A stretch of 32,000 bases of DNA from Planctopirus limnophila DSM 3776 (GTDB lineage Bacteria; Planctomycetota; Planctomycetia; Planctomycetales; Planctomycetaceae). The notes beneath the pieces are model-generated. The model was not told where the DNA came from, ran no database searches, and saw nothing but the letters and a program-made list of their open reading frames with translations. The DNA is taken from NCBI RefSeq assembly GCF_000092105.1, contig NC_014148.1:420001-452000 (forward strand), written 5' to 3'. This document shows, in pieces, positions 15,305 through 24,674 of the stretch (the stretch's first letter is position 1; each line of letters begins with the position of its first letter). Made by a program: the position numbers and the translations under genes.

Positions 15305-18300
15305 ATGACAGATCAGACGTGCCAGAAAACAGTTTGTAGAAGGGTTTTCATCGAGATGTACCAGTCTGTATGGCCTTCGTTAACGTTTTCTTTGTGTCTG
15401 CTTGCGTCAACGTCAGCGAATGCTGGCGAAGCGGTTCTTGTAGAAGCACCACCTGAGAAGTCGGCCGGAATCGTGGTGGCCAATCTTGAGCAAACCCCGG
15501 CGAAACAGCCGGCTCAAACGGCCGCAGCAAAGCAACCACCAGCTGCTCCAGTGAAGCAGCCTGTCCGTTTTGTACGCATTGAACTGCCCGGCGAAAAACG
15601 CATTCTCACTTTGGCAGAAGTTGAAGTCTTCAGCGCGGGGAAAAACATCGCCCGCGAGGGAAAAGCCACACAGTCGAGCACTCATGGCGATGGGGTGGCT
15701 TCCCGGGCTGTGGATGGCAACAAACACCCCGATTGGAGCAAAGGGGGGCAGACTCACACTTCTGATGATGGAGAGCAGCAACCCTGGTGGGAACTCGATC
15801 TCGGCAAGCCAGCCAACATTGAGAAGATTGCTGTCTGGAACCGCACTGGTTTTGAAAACCGTCTGTCAGGCTTCTCTCTGATATTGCTTGATGCCGATCG
15901 CAAGGAACTCTTTCGTAAGGCCGATATTGCTGCTCCTCAAGGCCTCGAAATTGACCTCGGCAAAAGTGGTGAACTCCGCTATCTCGCTTACGATGGCAAG
16001 CCCGGCAAAGCGATGCCGAAGGGCGGGGACTCTTCTTCAGGGGCATCTGCTGAACCGCCATTAGCCAATGTCCCGGCTGATTATCGAGACCCCGTCCCTT
16101 TTGCCCTTCAGAAAGACGATGTCGTCGCCATTCTGGGCAACGGATTGGCGGATCGCATGCAGCACGATGGCTGGCTGGAGACGCTCCTTCAGTCTCAACT
16201 CGTGGGGAAAAACGTGCGCATTCGCGATATGAGTGCCAGCGGCGACCGTCCCTACAGCTTTCCAAGAAGTTCCGGCCAGATCTCGATCACTTCATATTTG
16301 CAGCATGTTAAACCCACTGTCGTTTTTGCATTCTTTGGCTACAACGAATCTTTTGATACCAAGCCCGAAGAGTACAAGCGGCAACTCCTCGAGTTTGTCA
16401 AAAAGACCCGTGGAGCTAAGCCGGATGGTAAGGATTTCCCAAGGATTGTCCTCTTCAGCCCGATTGCACAGGAAGATACCGGCAATCCGAATGTCCCCGA
16501 CGGCCGCGCTCAGAACGTGCGCCTGGCGGCTTTGACGCGTGCGACACAAGAGGCTGCCCAGGAAGCTGGTGTCGCCTTTATCGATCTTTTCCATCCATCG
16601 TTGAAACTGTATGAGAAGGCCTCGCAGCCGCTCACGATCAACAGTGTGCATCTGACGGAAGAAGGGAATCGTCAACTGGCGGAAGTGATTGCTTCTGAAC
16701 TTCTGGGCAAGCCTGTCAGTTCGTCACAGGCTTCGGAAAAGTTACGCCAGGCTGTCCTCGATAAGAACCTGCATTGGTGGAATCGCTATCGAGCCTCGGA
16801 TGGCAACGATGTCTGGGGAAGTCGTTCGACGTTGACGTTCGTCAATAATCAAAGCAACGCCGATGTTTTGAAGCCTGAACTCGAGATGCTCGATGTGATG
16901 ACAGCCAACCGCGATGAAGTGGTCTGGGCTCGTGCCGCAGGGAAAGACAAAGCGGTCGATGACAGCAATGTTCCGCCGGCGGTGCCTGTTATTTCGAATG
17001 TGGGTGGTGGGAGCAAAAGCTCCAGTGCCATGAAGGAAGGCACACTCAGTTACATCAGCGGTGAAGAGGGGTTGAAGCAGCTGGCTGTTGCGAAAGGATT
17101 CGAAGTCAGTCTCTTCGCCGATGAGCAGCGATTTCCACAGTTGGTGAATCCTGTCCAGTTGCAGTTCGATACGAAAGATCGACTCTGGGCAGCGGTCTGG
17201 CCAACCTATCCCAAGTGGGAACCACATCAGGAAATGACCGATGCGTTGATTATCCTGCACGATGACAACGGCGATGGTGTGGCTGATCGTTCAACCGAGT
17301 TTGCCAAAGTTCAGAATCCTCTGGGTTTTGAGTTCTGGAATGACGGGGTCATCGTCACCTGTCAGTCGGAACTGCTGTTCCTGCAGGATACCAATGGCGA
17401 CGATTTGGCTGATCGCCGGATCACGTTGCTGCAGGGGCTGGATTCTTCCGATACTCACCATGGTGCCAACAATCTGATCTATGGCCCGGATGGTGGAATC
17501 TACTGGCAGAGCGGTGTCTTCATGGTGCACAACCACGAGCATCCTTGGGGGCCTTCGCTGCAATCGACGGCTTCAGCCATGTACCGGTTTGATCCACGAC
17601 GATTTACGATCTCCATGCATGCAATCAATTCTCCCAATCCCCACGGGACATCTTTCGATTACTGGGGCTATCAGTACGCGACAGATGGAACGGGTGGAAA
17701 TGCCTATCAGGTTCGACCCGAAGGCAATGGATTCAAGATGCACCAACTCCTGAAGAAGGAAGTGCGTCCTGTCACTGCCAGTGAGATCGTCAGCAGTTCG
17801 CATTTCCCCGAATCGATGCAGGGCGATTTCCTCATCTGCAACGTGATTGGCTTTCTGGGCATTAAGCATTACGACCTGGAACGTAATCCCGAAACAGGAA
17901 CGGTCTGGGGTGAGCCTGCCGGCGATCAGCTCACGGTGACAGTCACTAATGCCAATGGAAGCAAAACCGAAGACAAGTCGCGTGGCCTGTTAATGAGCGG
18001 CGACAAGAACTTCAGACCCTCGGATGCCATTTTCGCACCTGATGGCACGCTCTACTTTGCTGACTGGCACAATGCGATTATCGGTCACATGCAGCACAAC
18101 GTGCGCGATCCTAATCGCGATCATTCGCATGGCAGGATCTATCGCGTGAAAGCGGTGGATCGACCACTGCAGAAACCAGTGCCCATCGATGGCCAGCCGA
18201 TTGCCAAACTGCTCGATAACCTCAAATCGCCGGTCGATGGCATTCGTCATCGTACACGAGTGGAATTGAGCGAGCGTGATTCGAAAGAAGTCATTGCAGC

Positions 18301-19528
18301 TACGAAAGAGTGGATCAAGCAGTTCGACCCGAACAAGCGGGAAGATGCCCATCATCTGCTGGAAGCTCTCTGGCTGCATCAGCAGCACAACGTCAAGGAT
18401 CTGCAGCTTCTGGAAATGGTGTTGAATTCGCCTGAGCCTCATGCCCGCAATGCCGCCAAGACGGTCAAGCATTTCTGGTTCAACGTCGAGAAGACTTTGC
18501 GCGGTGGCATTGTCGCAGGTGCGGAACTCGCCTCGTCACAGAAGTCAGGCATCTTGAGCGACACGCCCGAGCTGACCACAATTCGCATCGCGACGATTCC
18601 CGAGAAGATGATGTACGATGTGAAAGAACTCACCGTGAAGCCGGGCAAGAAGGTGAGGCTCAAGTTCGCGAATTACGACTTTATGCCCCACAACATTCTT
18701 CTGGTCAAACCCGGCACGGCTGATGATGTTGGAATTGCGGCGATCAACCTTGGCGCACGCGGATTTGATAAAGGCTTCGTGCCTGAAAGTACCGATATCC
18801 TCTGGCACAGCTCGCTGGTCGATTTTGGTCAGGAACAGGTCATTGAGTTCACTGCTCCTACCGAAGAAGGGGCTTATCCTTACATCTGCTCGTTCCCCGG
18901 TCATCATCGACTCATGCGGGGCATGCTGTTTGTGACGAATGATCTCAAGGCGTTTCTGGCGAAGAATCCGCAGCAGGAGATCAAAGTGACCGAGTGGAAG
19001 CTCGACGACTTTGCCGCCGATCTGAAGCGAGTCAGTCAGCATCGCAACTTCGCCGAAGGGAAAAAGCACTTTACGACCTTAGGCTGTGTGCAATGCCACC
19101 GTCTTGGCAAAGACGAATCAACTGCAACACCTGCACTTGATGGCATTGCTCAGGCCGTTGGGCCGAACATCGATGAAGTGGTCAAGAAGTACAAACGCGA
19201 TCCGAATGTGCTGTTGCGAGAAATTCTCGAATCTTCCCGTAACATCGACGAGAAGTACCGTCAGGTTGTCGTGGTGCTCGATGATGGAAAGTCTTATACA
19301 GGCGTTGTCGCGGCGGAAGACAATAACACGTTAACGCTGCTCGCCGGTAGCCCGCCCAAGCGCGTTGATATTCCCAAGAAGTCGATTGATGACCGCGTCG
19401 CTTCTCCAGTTTCCATCATGCCCAGTGGCTTGCTGAATACGCTCGACAAAGAGCAGATTCTGGATTTGATGGCCTATCTATTGGCCGCAGGGAATGCGCA
19501 CGATTCCGCCTTCCACCATGGGCATTAA
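15305..19528 (+). CDS. Giant secreted multidomain protein: discoidin (F5/8 type C), SGNH-hydrolase-like, glucose/sorbosone-dehydrogenase-like beta-propeller, HEAT-like, cupredoxin and cytochrome c domains (PVC-type heme-binding CxxCH protein)
   Basis: The N-terminus is signal-like and is followed by an A/P/Q-rich linker. FVRIELPGEKRILTLAEVEVF...AVDGN is discoidin-like. The cupredoxin ligand pattern is FMPHN...YICSFPGHHRLMRGM. The heme motif is CVQCH at the C-terminus, with a distal SIMPSGL Met. The ATG at 15356 is an alternative start. Confidence 0.9.
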   Translation: MTDQTCQKTVCRRVFIEMYQSVWPSLTFSLCLLASTSANAGEAVLVEAPPEKSAGIVVANLEQTPAKQPAQTAAAKQPPAAPVKQPVRFVRIELPGEKRILTLAEVEVFSAGKNIAREGKATQSSTHGDGVASRAVDGNKHPDWSKGGQTHTSDDGEQQPWWELDLGKPANIEKIAVWNRTGFENRLSGFSLILLDADRKELFRKADIAAPQGLEIDLGKSGELRYLAYDGKPGKAMPKGGDSSSGASAEPPLANVPADYRDPVPFALQKDDVVAILGNGLADRMQHDGWLETLLQSQLVGKNVRIRDMSASGDRPYSFPRSSGQISITSYLQHVKPTVVFAFFGYNESFDTKPEEYKRQLLEFVKKTRGAKPDGKDFPRIVLFSPIAQEDTGNPNVPDGRAQNVRLAALTRATQEAAQEAGVAFIDLFHPSLKLYEKASQPLTINSVHLTEEGNRQLAEVIASELLGKPVSSSQASEKLRQAVLDKNLHWWNRYRASDGNDVWGSRSTLTFVNNQSNADVLKPELEMLDVMTANRDEVVWARAAGKDKAVDDSNVPPAVPVISNVGGGSKSSSAMKEGTLSYISGEEGLKQLAVAKGFEVSLFADEQRFPQLVNPVQLQFDTKDRLWAAVWPTYPKWEPHQEMTDALIILHDDNGDGVADRSTEFAKVQNPLGFEFWNDGVIVTCQSELLFLQDTNGDDLADRRITLLQGLDSSDTHHGANNLIYGPDGGIYWQSGVFMVHNHEHPWGPSLQSTASAMYRFDPRRFTISMHAINSPNPHGTSFDYWGYQYATDGTGGNAYQVRPEGNGFKMHQLLKKEVRPVTASEIVSSSHFPESMQGDFLICNVIGFLGIKHYDLERNPETGTVWGEPAGDQLTVTVTNANGSKTEDKSRGLLMSGDKNFRPSDAIFAPDGTLYFADWHNAIIGHMQHNVRDPNRDHSHGRIYRVKAVDRPLQKPVPIDGQPIAKLLDNLKSPVDGIRHRTRVELSERDSKEVIAATKEWIKQFDPNKREDAHHLLEALWLHQQHNVKDLQLLEMVLNSPEPHARNAAKTVKHFWFNVEKTLRGGIVAGAELASSQKSGILSDTPELTTIRIATIPEKMMYDVKELTVKPGKKVRLKFANYDFMPHNILLVKPGTADDVGIAAINLGARGFDKGFVPESTDILWHSSLVDFGQEQVIEFTAPTEEGAYPYICSFPGHHRLMRGMLFVTNDLKAFLAKNPQQEIKVTEWKLDDFAADLKRVSQHRNFAEGKKHFTTLGCVQCHRLGKDESTATPALDGIAQAVGPNIDEVVKKYKRDPNVLLREILESSRNIDEKYRQVVVVLDDGKSYTGVVAAEDNNTLTLLAGSPPKRVDIPKKSIDDRVASPVSIMPSGLLNTLDKEQILDLMAYLLAAGNAHDSAFHHGH

Positions 19529-19543
19529 TCGCTGACGGGATAA

Positions 19544-19590
19544 GGCTGGCCATGATCTTGTCTTTGATGATGGCCAGCCTGTTTTCCTTT
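19544..19590 (+). terminator. Rho-independent terminator after the giant gene
   Basis: The stem is ggctggccat / atggccagcc (19544-19579) and is followed by tgttttcctttc. Confidence 0.7.
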
Positions 19591-19643
19591 CGGGATAGCC
19601 ATCGGTTTGAGAGTGGTATCATCCATAGCGGATTGGTGACATT

Positions 19644-21152
19644 GTGACGATTCGTTCAAAGGCCCTTGCCATGCCGCTCTATCTAGCGATGACGCTATTG
19701 ATTCTGCTGATTGGAAGTCCATGGGTGCAGGCGGCACCTCCGAATATCGTCATTCTGTACGCGGATGATATGGGCTATGGCGATCTTCACATTCAGAATC
19801 CAGAGTCCCGGATCCCCACACCACATCTTGACCGACTCGCCCGACAAGGGACTCGCTTTACCGATGCCCACAGTTCGTCTGGCATCTGTACGCCCAGTCG
19901 ATATGCACTATTGCAGGGGCGATATCACTGGCGCAAGTTTCACGGCATCGTGAACTCGTTCGACCCTCCCGTGCTTGACGATGAAAAGCTGACGATTGCC
20001 GAACTTTTGAAAACCAAGGGATACCGAACGGCCTGTATCGGTAAATGGCACCTGGGCTGGGATTGGAATGCCATTAAGAAACAAGGTGTAAAACCGACTG
20101 ACAAAGCCGGTTTTGCCGCTGATGCTTTTGACTGGAGCCAACCCATTCCGGGTGGGCCACGATCACACGGGTTTGACTACTACTTTGGCGATGACGTCCC
20201 GAACTTTCCGCCCTATGCCTGGTTTGAGAATGATCGTGTCATCACGACACCGACCGTCACTTTAAAAACGACAGCACCCACTGCAGAAGGAAGCTGGGAG
20301 GCTCGGCCGGGCCCGGCTGTTCAAGACTGGGATTTCTGGGCTGTCATGCCCACACTCACGCAAAAAGCCGAGCAGTGGATCAGCGAGCAGAAAGCCGATC
20401 AACCGTTCTTTCTCTACTTCCCTTTCACTTCGCCGCATGCCCCGATTGTGCCGACATCGGATTTCACAGGTAAATCACAGGCTGGTGGCTATGGCGACTT
20501 TATGTTCCAGACAGACGACACGGTCGGCCGCGTGCTGGCGGCTCTTGAGAAGCATGGGTTTTCGGAAAATACACTCGTGATTTTCACGGCTGATAATGGC
20601 CCTGAGCGCTACGCTTACGATCGGATTCGAAACTTTGGTCATCGCAGCATGGGCCCACTGCGCGGGCTGAAACGCGACATCTGGGAAGGTGGACATCGTG
20701 TGCCGATGATTGTCCGCTGGCCGGGTGTAGTCCCCGCTGAAAAGGTGTGTGATGAACTCATCAGTCAGATCGATCTCTTCGCAACCATTGCGGCTGTTGT
20801 TGATGCAGAAATCGCTCCAGGCTCCGCAGAAGACAGCTACAATCAACTGGAATTGCTCAAAGGGACTGGTTCCAGTGCTCGCCAGACTCTGGTTCACAAC
20901 ACGAATCCCAAAGGCTATGCCCTCCGGCATGGTGACTGGGTACTGATCGACGCCAAAACTGGTGCGGTCAGTCAGGTTCCCAAGTGGTTCGATGAAGCCA
21001 ATGGTTACACCAGCCACTCATTGCCGGGTGAACTCTATAACTTGAAGGACGACCTCGCTCAGCGTCAGAATCTGTATGCTGAGAATCCTGAAAAAGTTGC
21101 TGAGTTGAAAGCTCTACTCGGAAAAATTCAGGCCCAGGGCCAGGTTCGCTGA
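19644..21152 (+). CDS. Arylsulfatase (formylglycine-dependent sulfatase family), secreted
   Basis: The product has a signal peptide, then [14 protein letters not shown] and the CTPSR formylglycine motif ([17 protein letters not shown]), and also GKWHLG. The start is the GTG at 19644, or alternatively the ATG at 19671. Confidence 0.95.
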   Translation: MTIRSKALAMPLYLAMTLLILLIGSPWVQAAPPNIVILYADDMGYGDLHIQNPESRIPTPHLDRLARQGTRFTDAHSSSGICTPSRYALLQGRYHWRKFHGIVNSFDPPVLDDEKLTIAELLKTKGYRTACIGKWHLGWDWNAIKKQGVKPTDKAGFAADAFDWSQPIPGGPRSHGFDYYFGDDVPNFPPYAWFENDRVITTPTVTLKTTAPTAEGSWEARPGPAVQDWDFWAVMPTLTQKAEQWISEQKADQPFFLYFPFTSPHAPIVPTSDFTGKSQAGGYGDFMFQTDDTVGRVLAALEKHGFSENTLVIFTADNGPERYAYDRIRNFGHRSMGPLRGLKRDIWEGGHRVPMIVRWPGVVPAEKVCDELISQIDLFATIAAVVDAEIAPGSAEDSYNQLELLKGTGSSARQTLVHNTNPKGYALRHGDWVLIDAKTGAVSQVPKWFDEANGYTSHSLPGELYNLKDDLAQRQNLYAENPEKVAELKALLGKIQAQGQVR

Positions 21153-21384
21153 CCTTCTTTTCAAATGATCCCGGTTTGGTGATCTCCGTATAAGTTTATC
21201 ACTGCTGTTGGAGACCGGGAGTAACCGCCAGCAGCAGCTTCAATTGCGTTCACAGATTGACGCTGTTGATTCCTCGCGTGGAATGGCTTTTACTGGTAAT
21301 GCGTGGTGCTGAAGATTTGCAGTTCCAGTACTTCAGCTAACCTTCGACATGGTGCATGATTCCATCCGATTGAAAGTGACTTGA

Positions 21385-22077
21385 GTGGAGACTTTGGCGG
21401 AGCCAACTTCTGCAACGAAAGGTGATCTGCAGCTCCTGGTGGCTGGTGAAACCCTGCGGTTACTTCCAGAAAAAGCCATCTATTGGGAGCGATGCTCGAC
21501 ATTACTGGTCGCTGATACCCACTGGGGCAAGGCAGCCAGTTTTCGGGCTGCCTCGATTCCCATCCCCCAGGGAACGACTCAGGCCGATCTGGAACGACTG
21601 AGCCAGGTCATCGAGCGAACTCACGCCACTCGCCTGATCGTGCTGGGCGACTTATTGCACAGCCGCGAGGGAAGATCGGCGGCGACATTCGAGAAAGTCA
21701 CGCAGTGGCGCCGAAGACACGAAAATCTCCGCATCGAACTCATTCAGGGGAACCATGACCTGCAGGCGGGATTGCCACTGGCTGACTGGAAGATCGTTGT
21801 CGCACGTCCTCCCGTTATCGAATTGCCTTTTGTCTGGCAGCATGAGCCAATGCCTCACGCTGAGGGGTTTGTTCTGGCGGGGCATATTCATCCTTCAATT
21901 GTACTGAAGGGTCTGGCCCGGCAAACACTGCGGCTGCCGTGCTTTCATCTGCAGCAGAACCAGTTAACGCTCCCGGCCTTCAGCAGTTTCGCTGGTGGGT
22001 ACAACATTAAGCCTGGCCGGGGAGATCGGATCTTTCCCGTGGCTGACACAGGCGTTGTCGAAATTCCTTGCAATTGA
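21385..22077 (+). CDS. pdeM: Ligase-associated DNA damage response endonuclease PdeM (metallophosphoesterase)
   Basis: LLVADTHWGKAASFR, LIVLGDLLHS and IQGNHD are the PdeM/calcineurin-like metallophosphoesterase motifs. The size is typical at about 230 aa. The start is GTG. Confidence 0.8.
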   Translation: METLAEPTSATKGDLQLLVAGETLRLLPEKAIYWERCSTLLVADTHWGKAASFRAASIPIPQGTTQADLERLSQVIERTHATRLIVLGDLLHSREGRSAATFEKVTQWRRRHENLRIELIQGNHDLQAGLPLADWKIVVARPPVIELPFVWQHEPMPHAEGFVLAGHIHPSIVLKGLARQTLRLPCFHLQQNQLTLPAFSSFAGGYNIKPGRGDRIFPVADTGVVEIPCN

Positions 22078-22111
22078 TTGTCAGGCTGAATTTTCCAAGC
22101 CACACTTGTGC

Positions 22112-22442
22112 CATGCTTGCGGCTCGGAGCTGTCTATTACACACATCTTTTGCCGAAAGGCGTTTTGACGTGTGGCTGGGGTCAAACGTCTTCGTTTGCC
22201 CCCAGTTCTTTGGACTCTGATCGTTTTTGACGAACTGCATGAAAAGTCATGAATCTATGTGTCGGATGCATTTGCGCTGGGGAACTTTGTTGACCAGGGG
22301 GCGGATGAAGACATCCGACCCCTGCCACCCGGGCAAGAACCACGCCCTTCCGCACGGTCTTGATTTTGTGGGCTCCTGGGTCGTGCTACCCATGGGTGGG
22401 TGAAAAGTTGCGTGTCATAGACAGCAGCTCGGAGCAAGCATG
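22112..22442. repeat. 26 nt inverted repeat pair enclosing about 280 nt of non-coding DNA (MITE-like element or structured RNA candidate)
   Basis: catgcttgcggctcggagctgtctat at 22112-22137 is matched by atagacagcagctcggagcaagcatg at 22417-22442. The flanks are exact reverse complements and the core is a near-palindrome. Confidence 0.6.
22172..22205 (+). repeat. Hairpin repeat of the GTGGCTGGGG...CCCCCAG family (single copy); possible pdeM terminator
   Basis: The sequence gtggctggggtcaaacgtcttcgtttgcccccag folds as GGGG-CAAACG tctt CGTTTG-CCCC. It shares its flanks and its TCTT loop with the arms of the 1337-1440 element, but its stem sequence is different while still complementary. Confidence 0.6.
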
Positions 22443-22500
22443 CTTGGTAGACTTCCTGCACTATTGGTTTCTGGGAATGGCGATCATCCAAAAGCCAACG

Positions 22501-22545
22501 AAAAAGTCCGACCTCAACATTCAGAGTCGAGGTCGGACTTTTTAT
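22501..22545 (-). terminator. Rho-independent (bidirectional-looking) terminator downstream of rplU
   Basis: The 11 bp stem agtccgacctc / gaggtcggact (22505-22539) is flanked by A-runs and T-runs on both sides. Confidence 0.75.
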
Positions 22546-22583
22546 TCATCAGCGTCGCTGAAAGATATTCAGCCAGCAGTGAG

Positions 22584-22925
22584 TTATTCAGCAACTGCGA
22601 GGCTAGGCACGTTGACTGCGGTCACCTTGATCTGGGTGTGCTTCTGGCGGTGACCTGTATGACGCTTGCTGCTCTTGCGGCGGCGGAGCTTCTGAATTTC
22701 CAGCTTAGGCCCTTTGAAGAGGCTGTTCACCACTTCGGCTGTGACCGTGGCACCCGACAAGGCTGGAGTGCCAATCAGGCTGTCAGCACCACCGTTGGCC
22801 AGCAGCACCTTATCAAAAGTCAGCACGTCACCCAGATTGGCTTCCTTGCGGTAATCAACCACAAGCACATCGCCCACCGAAACGCGATACTGACGGCTAC
22901 CATCTTCGAAAATTGCAAAAACCAT
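22584..22925 (-). CDS. rplU: 50S ribosomal protein L21
   Basis: MVFAIFEDGSRQYRVSVGDVLVVD...KVLLANGG...KIRRRK-like basic segment matches the L21 pattern (MYAIIxxGGKQYxV). The ATG at 22925 was checked against the sequence. Confidence 0.95.
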   Translation of the reverse strand: MVFAIFEDGSRQYRVSVGDVLVVDYRKEANLGDVLTFDKVLLANGGADSLIGTPALSGATVTAEVVNSLFKGPKLEIQKLRRRKSSKRHTGHRQKHTQIKVTAVNVPSLAVAE

Positions 22926-23033
22926 TTCATGACTCCCGGGGCGGTGCACCAGCCAGCCCGTCTCTGATGTTCAGTCTTTGTCCAGTCAAGGTGCAACTGG
23001 CACTTTTTCAAGTGGAAACGGAGTTTTAACCGA

Positions 23034-24674
23034 CTAGCGACGCGCTTTCGAGTCTTCCGGGGAAGAAAAGCGAATCTCGGTTCCCGATTCACTCGTACAG
23101 AAGAATCGCAAATGTTCAGGTGTCACATTCGAGAGTGAGTTGATGCTGATCGCAACTTCATACTGCTCTTCGAGTTGGCTGATTTCTCGTCGCTTTTTGT
23201 TGTTCAGGTAAGCTCCCACGCGTTCCTGAACATCGACGACAATTCTCGTCACTTCCTGATGGTTGGCATGGAACATGAGTAGCCGCATGACCTCAATCGC
23301 CATGCTTTCGGCAGTCTTGACCTGACCAGTTCCGGCACAGCAGGGGCAGTCTTCGTAGACACTGCGGCGAAGCGAAGGGCGAATCCGCTGCCTTGTCATT
23401 TCCACAAGACCAAAGGGGCTGGTCCTGAGAATCTTGGTACGGGCACGATCGCGGGCCACGGCATCAGCCAATGCTCGCTCAACACCCCGGCGATGACGTT
23501 CTTCACGCATATCGATGAAGTCGTTAACGATCACGCCACCCAAATCGCGGAGACGAATCTGCCGGGCGATTTCTTCGGCTGCGCGCAGATTCATCTGGTA
23601 AGCGTTTTCCTCGGCATTTTCATCCTGACGGAAGCTGCCGCTGTTGACGTCGATGGCCACCAGTGCTTCCGTCTGATCGATGACAATCGATCCGCCACCT
23701 TTAAGCGGAACGTGACGCCGCTGAATGCGGGCAATTTCTTCTTCGACACCATGCTTATGGAAGAGCGGCTCTTTACCGTCGTAGAGCTGCACTCGATCGA
23801 CAGCTCGGGGCAAGACGATCTTCATGAACTCTTTGGCCCGTTCATAGGCCCGAGGTTCATCGATCCAGATATTCTCAATTTCGCTGTTGTAGATGTCGCG
23901 AATCGTGCGGATCATCATGTCGCTCTCCTCGTAGATATCCACGGGAGCGGGGAATTTCCGAATTCGCTTGACGATCACGTTCCACAATCGCAGCAGATAG
24001 TTCATGTCGCGCTGCAGGTCTTTCTGCGAGCGATCAATCCCTGCTGTGCGAATGATAAATCCAAGGCCCTCCGGAGGGCTCAATTCTTTAAGCTGCTGGC
24101 GCAATCGGCGTCGAATCGAGTCATCACCAATTTTGCGACTGACTCCCACACGCTGCAAACCGGGCATCAAGACCAGGTATCGCCCGGGGATACTGATGTA
24201 AGTCGAAAGGGTTGGGCCTTTGTTGCCAATCCCTTCTTTAATGACTTGAATAAGGACTTCACTGCCCCGGCGAAAGATCTCCTGGATGGGAGGCTTGCCG
24301 CGGGATGTCCGATCCAGTCCACGTGGAGCCCGCGGACGACCACGAGGCTTTTCATCCTCTTCGTCGTCATCGTCATCGAAGCTTTCGTCGGGACCGTCGA
24401 CCAGATGCTTATAGTACTGGTACTCAACATCGCTGACGTGGAGGAAGCCATTGCGGCCAACGCCAAAATCAACAAAGGCCGCTTGAATACTGGGCTCGAT
24501 ATTAACAATCCGGCCCTTATAGATGTTGCCGACATAGTTCTCGAGACTGTTACGCTCAACATATAACTCTTCGAGAACGCCATCTTCGAGAATGGCAATT
24601 CGGCTTTCCTCCGGCTGGAGGACGTTCATCAGCATTTCTTTACGCATGGATGACCTTTCAAGGGTCATCCGCAT
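23034..24674 (-). CDS. Ribonuclease E/G family endoribonuclease (Rne/Rng)
   Basis: EMLMNVLQPEESRIAILEDGVLEELYVER...GNIYKGRIVNIEPSIQAAFVDFG is the S1 domain. The DNase-I-like and Zn-link regions follow (CPCCAGTGQV). An acidic/basic insert (DESFDDDDDEEDEKPRGRPRAPRG) follows the S1 segment. The ATG at 24647 (MRKEMLMNV) is a plausible true start. Confidence 0.9.
   Translation of the reverse strand: MRMTLERSSMRKEMLMNVLQPEESRIAILEDGVLEELYVERNSLENYVGNIYKGRIVNIEPSIQAAFVDFGVGRNGFLHVSDVEYQYYKHLVDGPDESFDDDDDEEDEKPRGRPRAPRGLDRTSRGKPPIQEIFRRGSEVLIQVIKEGIGNKGPTLSTYISIPGRYLVLMPGLQRVGVSRKIGDDSIRRRLRQQLKELSPPEGLGFIIRTAGIDRSQKDLQRDMNYLLRLWNVIVKRIRKFPAPVDIYEESDMMIRTIRDIYNSEIENIWIDEPRAYERAKEFMKIVLPRAVDRVQLYDGKEPLFHKHGVEEEIARIQRRHVPLKGGGSIVIDQTEALVAIDVNSGSFRQDENAEENAYQMNLRAAEEIARQIRLRDLGGVIVNDFIDMREERHRRGVERALADAVARDRARTKILRTSPFGLVEMTRQRIRPSLRRSVYEDCPCCAGTGQVKTAESMAIEVMRLLMFHANHQEVTRIVVDVQERVGAYLNNKKRREISQLEEQYEVAISINSLSNVTPEHLRFFCTSESGTEIRFSSPEDSKARR

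Noticed and set aside
15630-19069. Several 120-210 aa minus-strand ORFs (15630-16265, 16742-17260, 17990-18472, 18545-19069)
   Set aside because: All lie antisense within the 1407 aa multidomain gene, whose frame carries recognisable domains throughout. They are shadow ORFs.
23493-24566. 357 aa ORF on the plus strand
   Set aside because: It is a shadow ORF antisense to the clearly homologous RNase E/G coding sequence.
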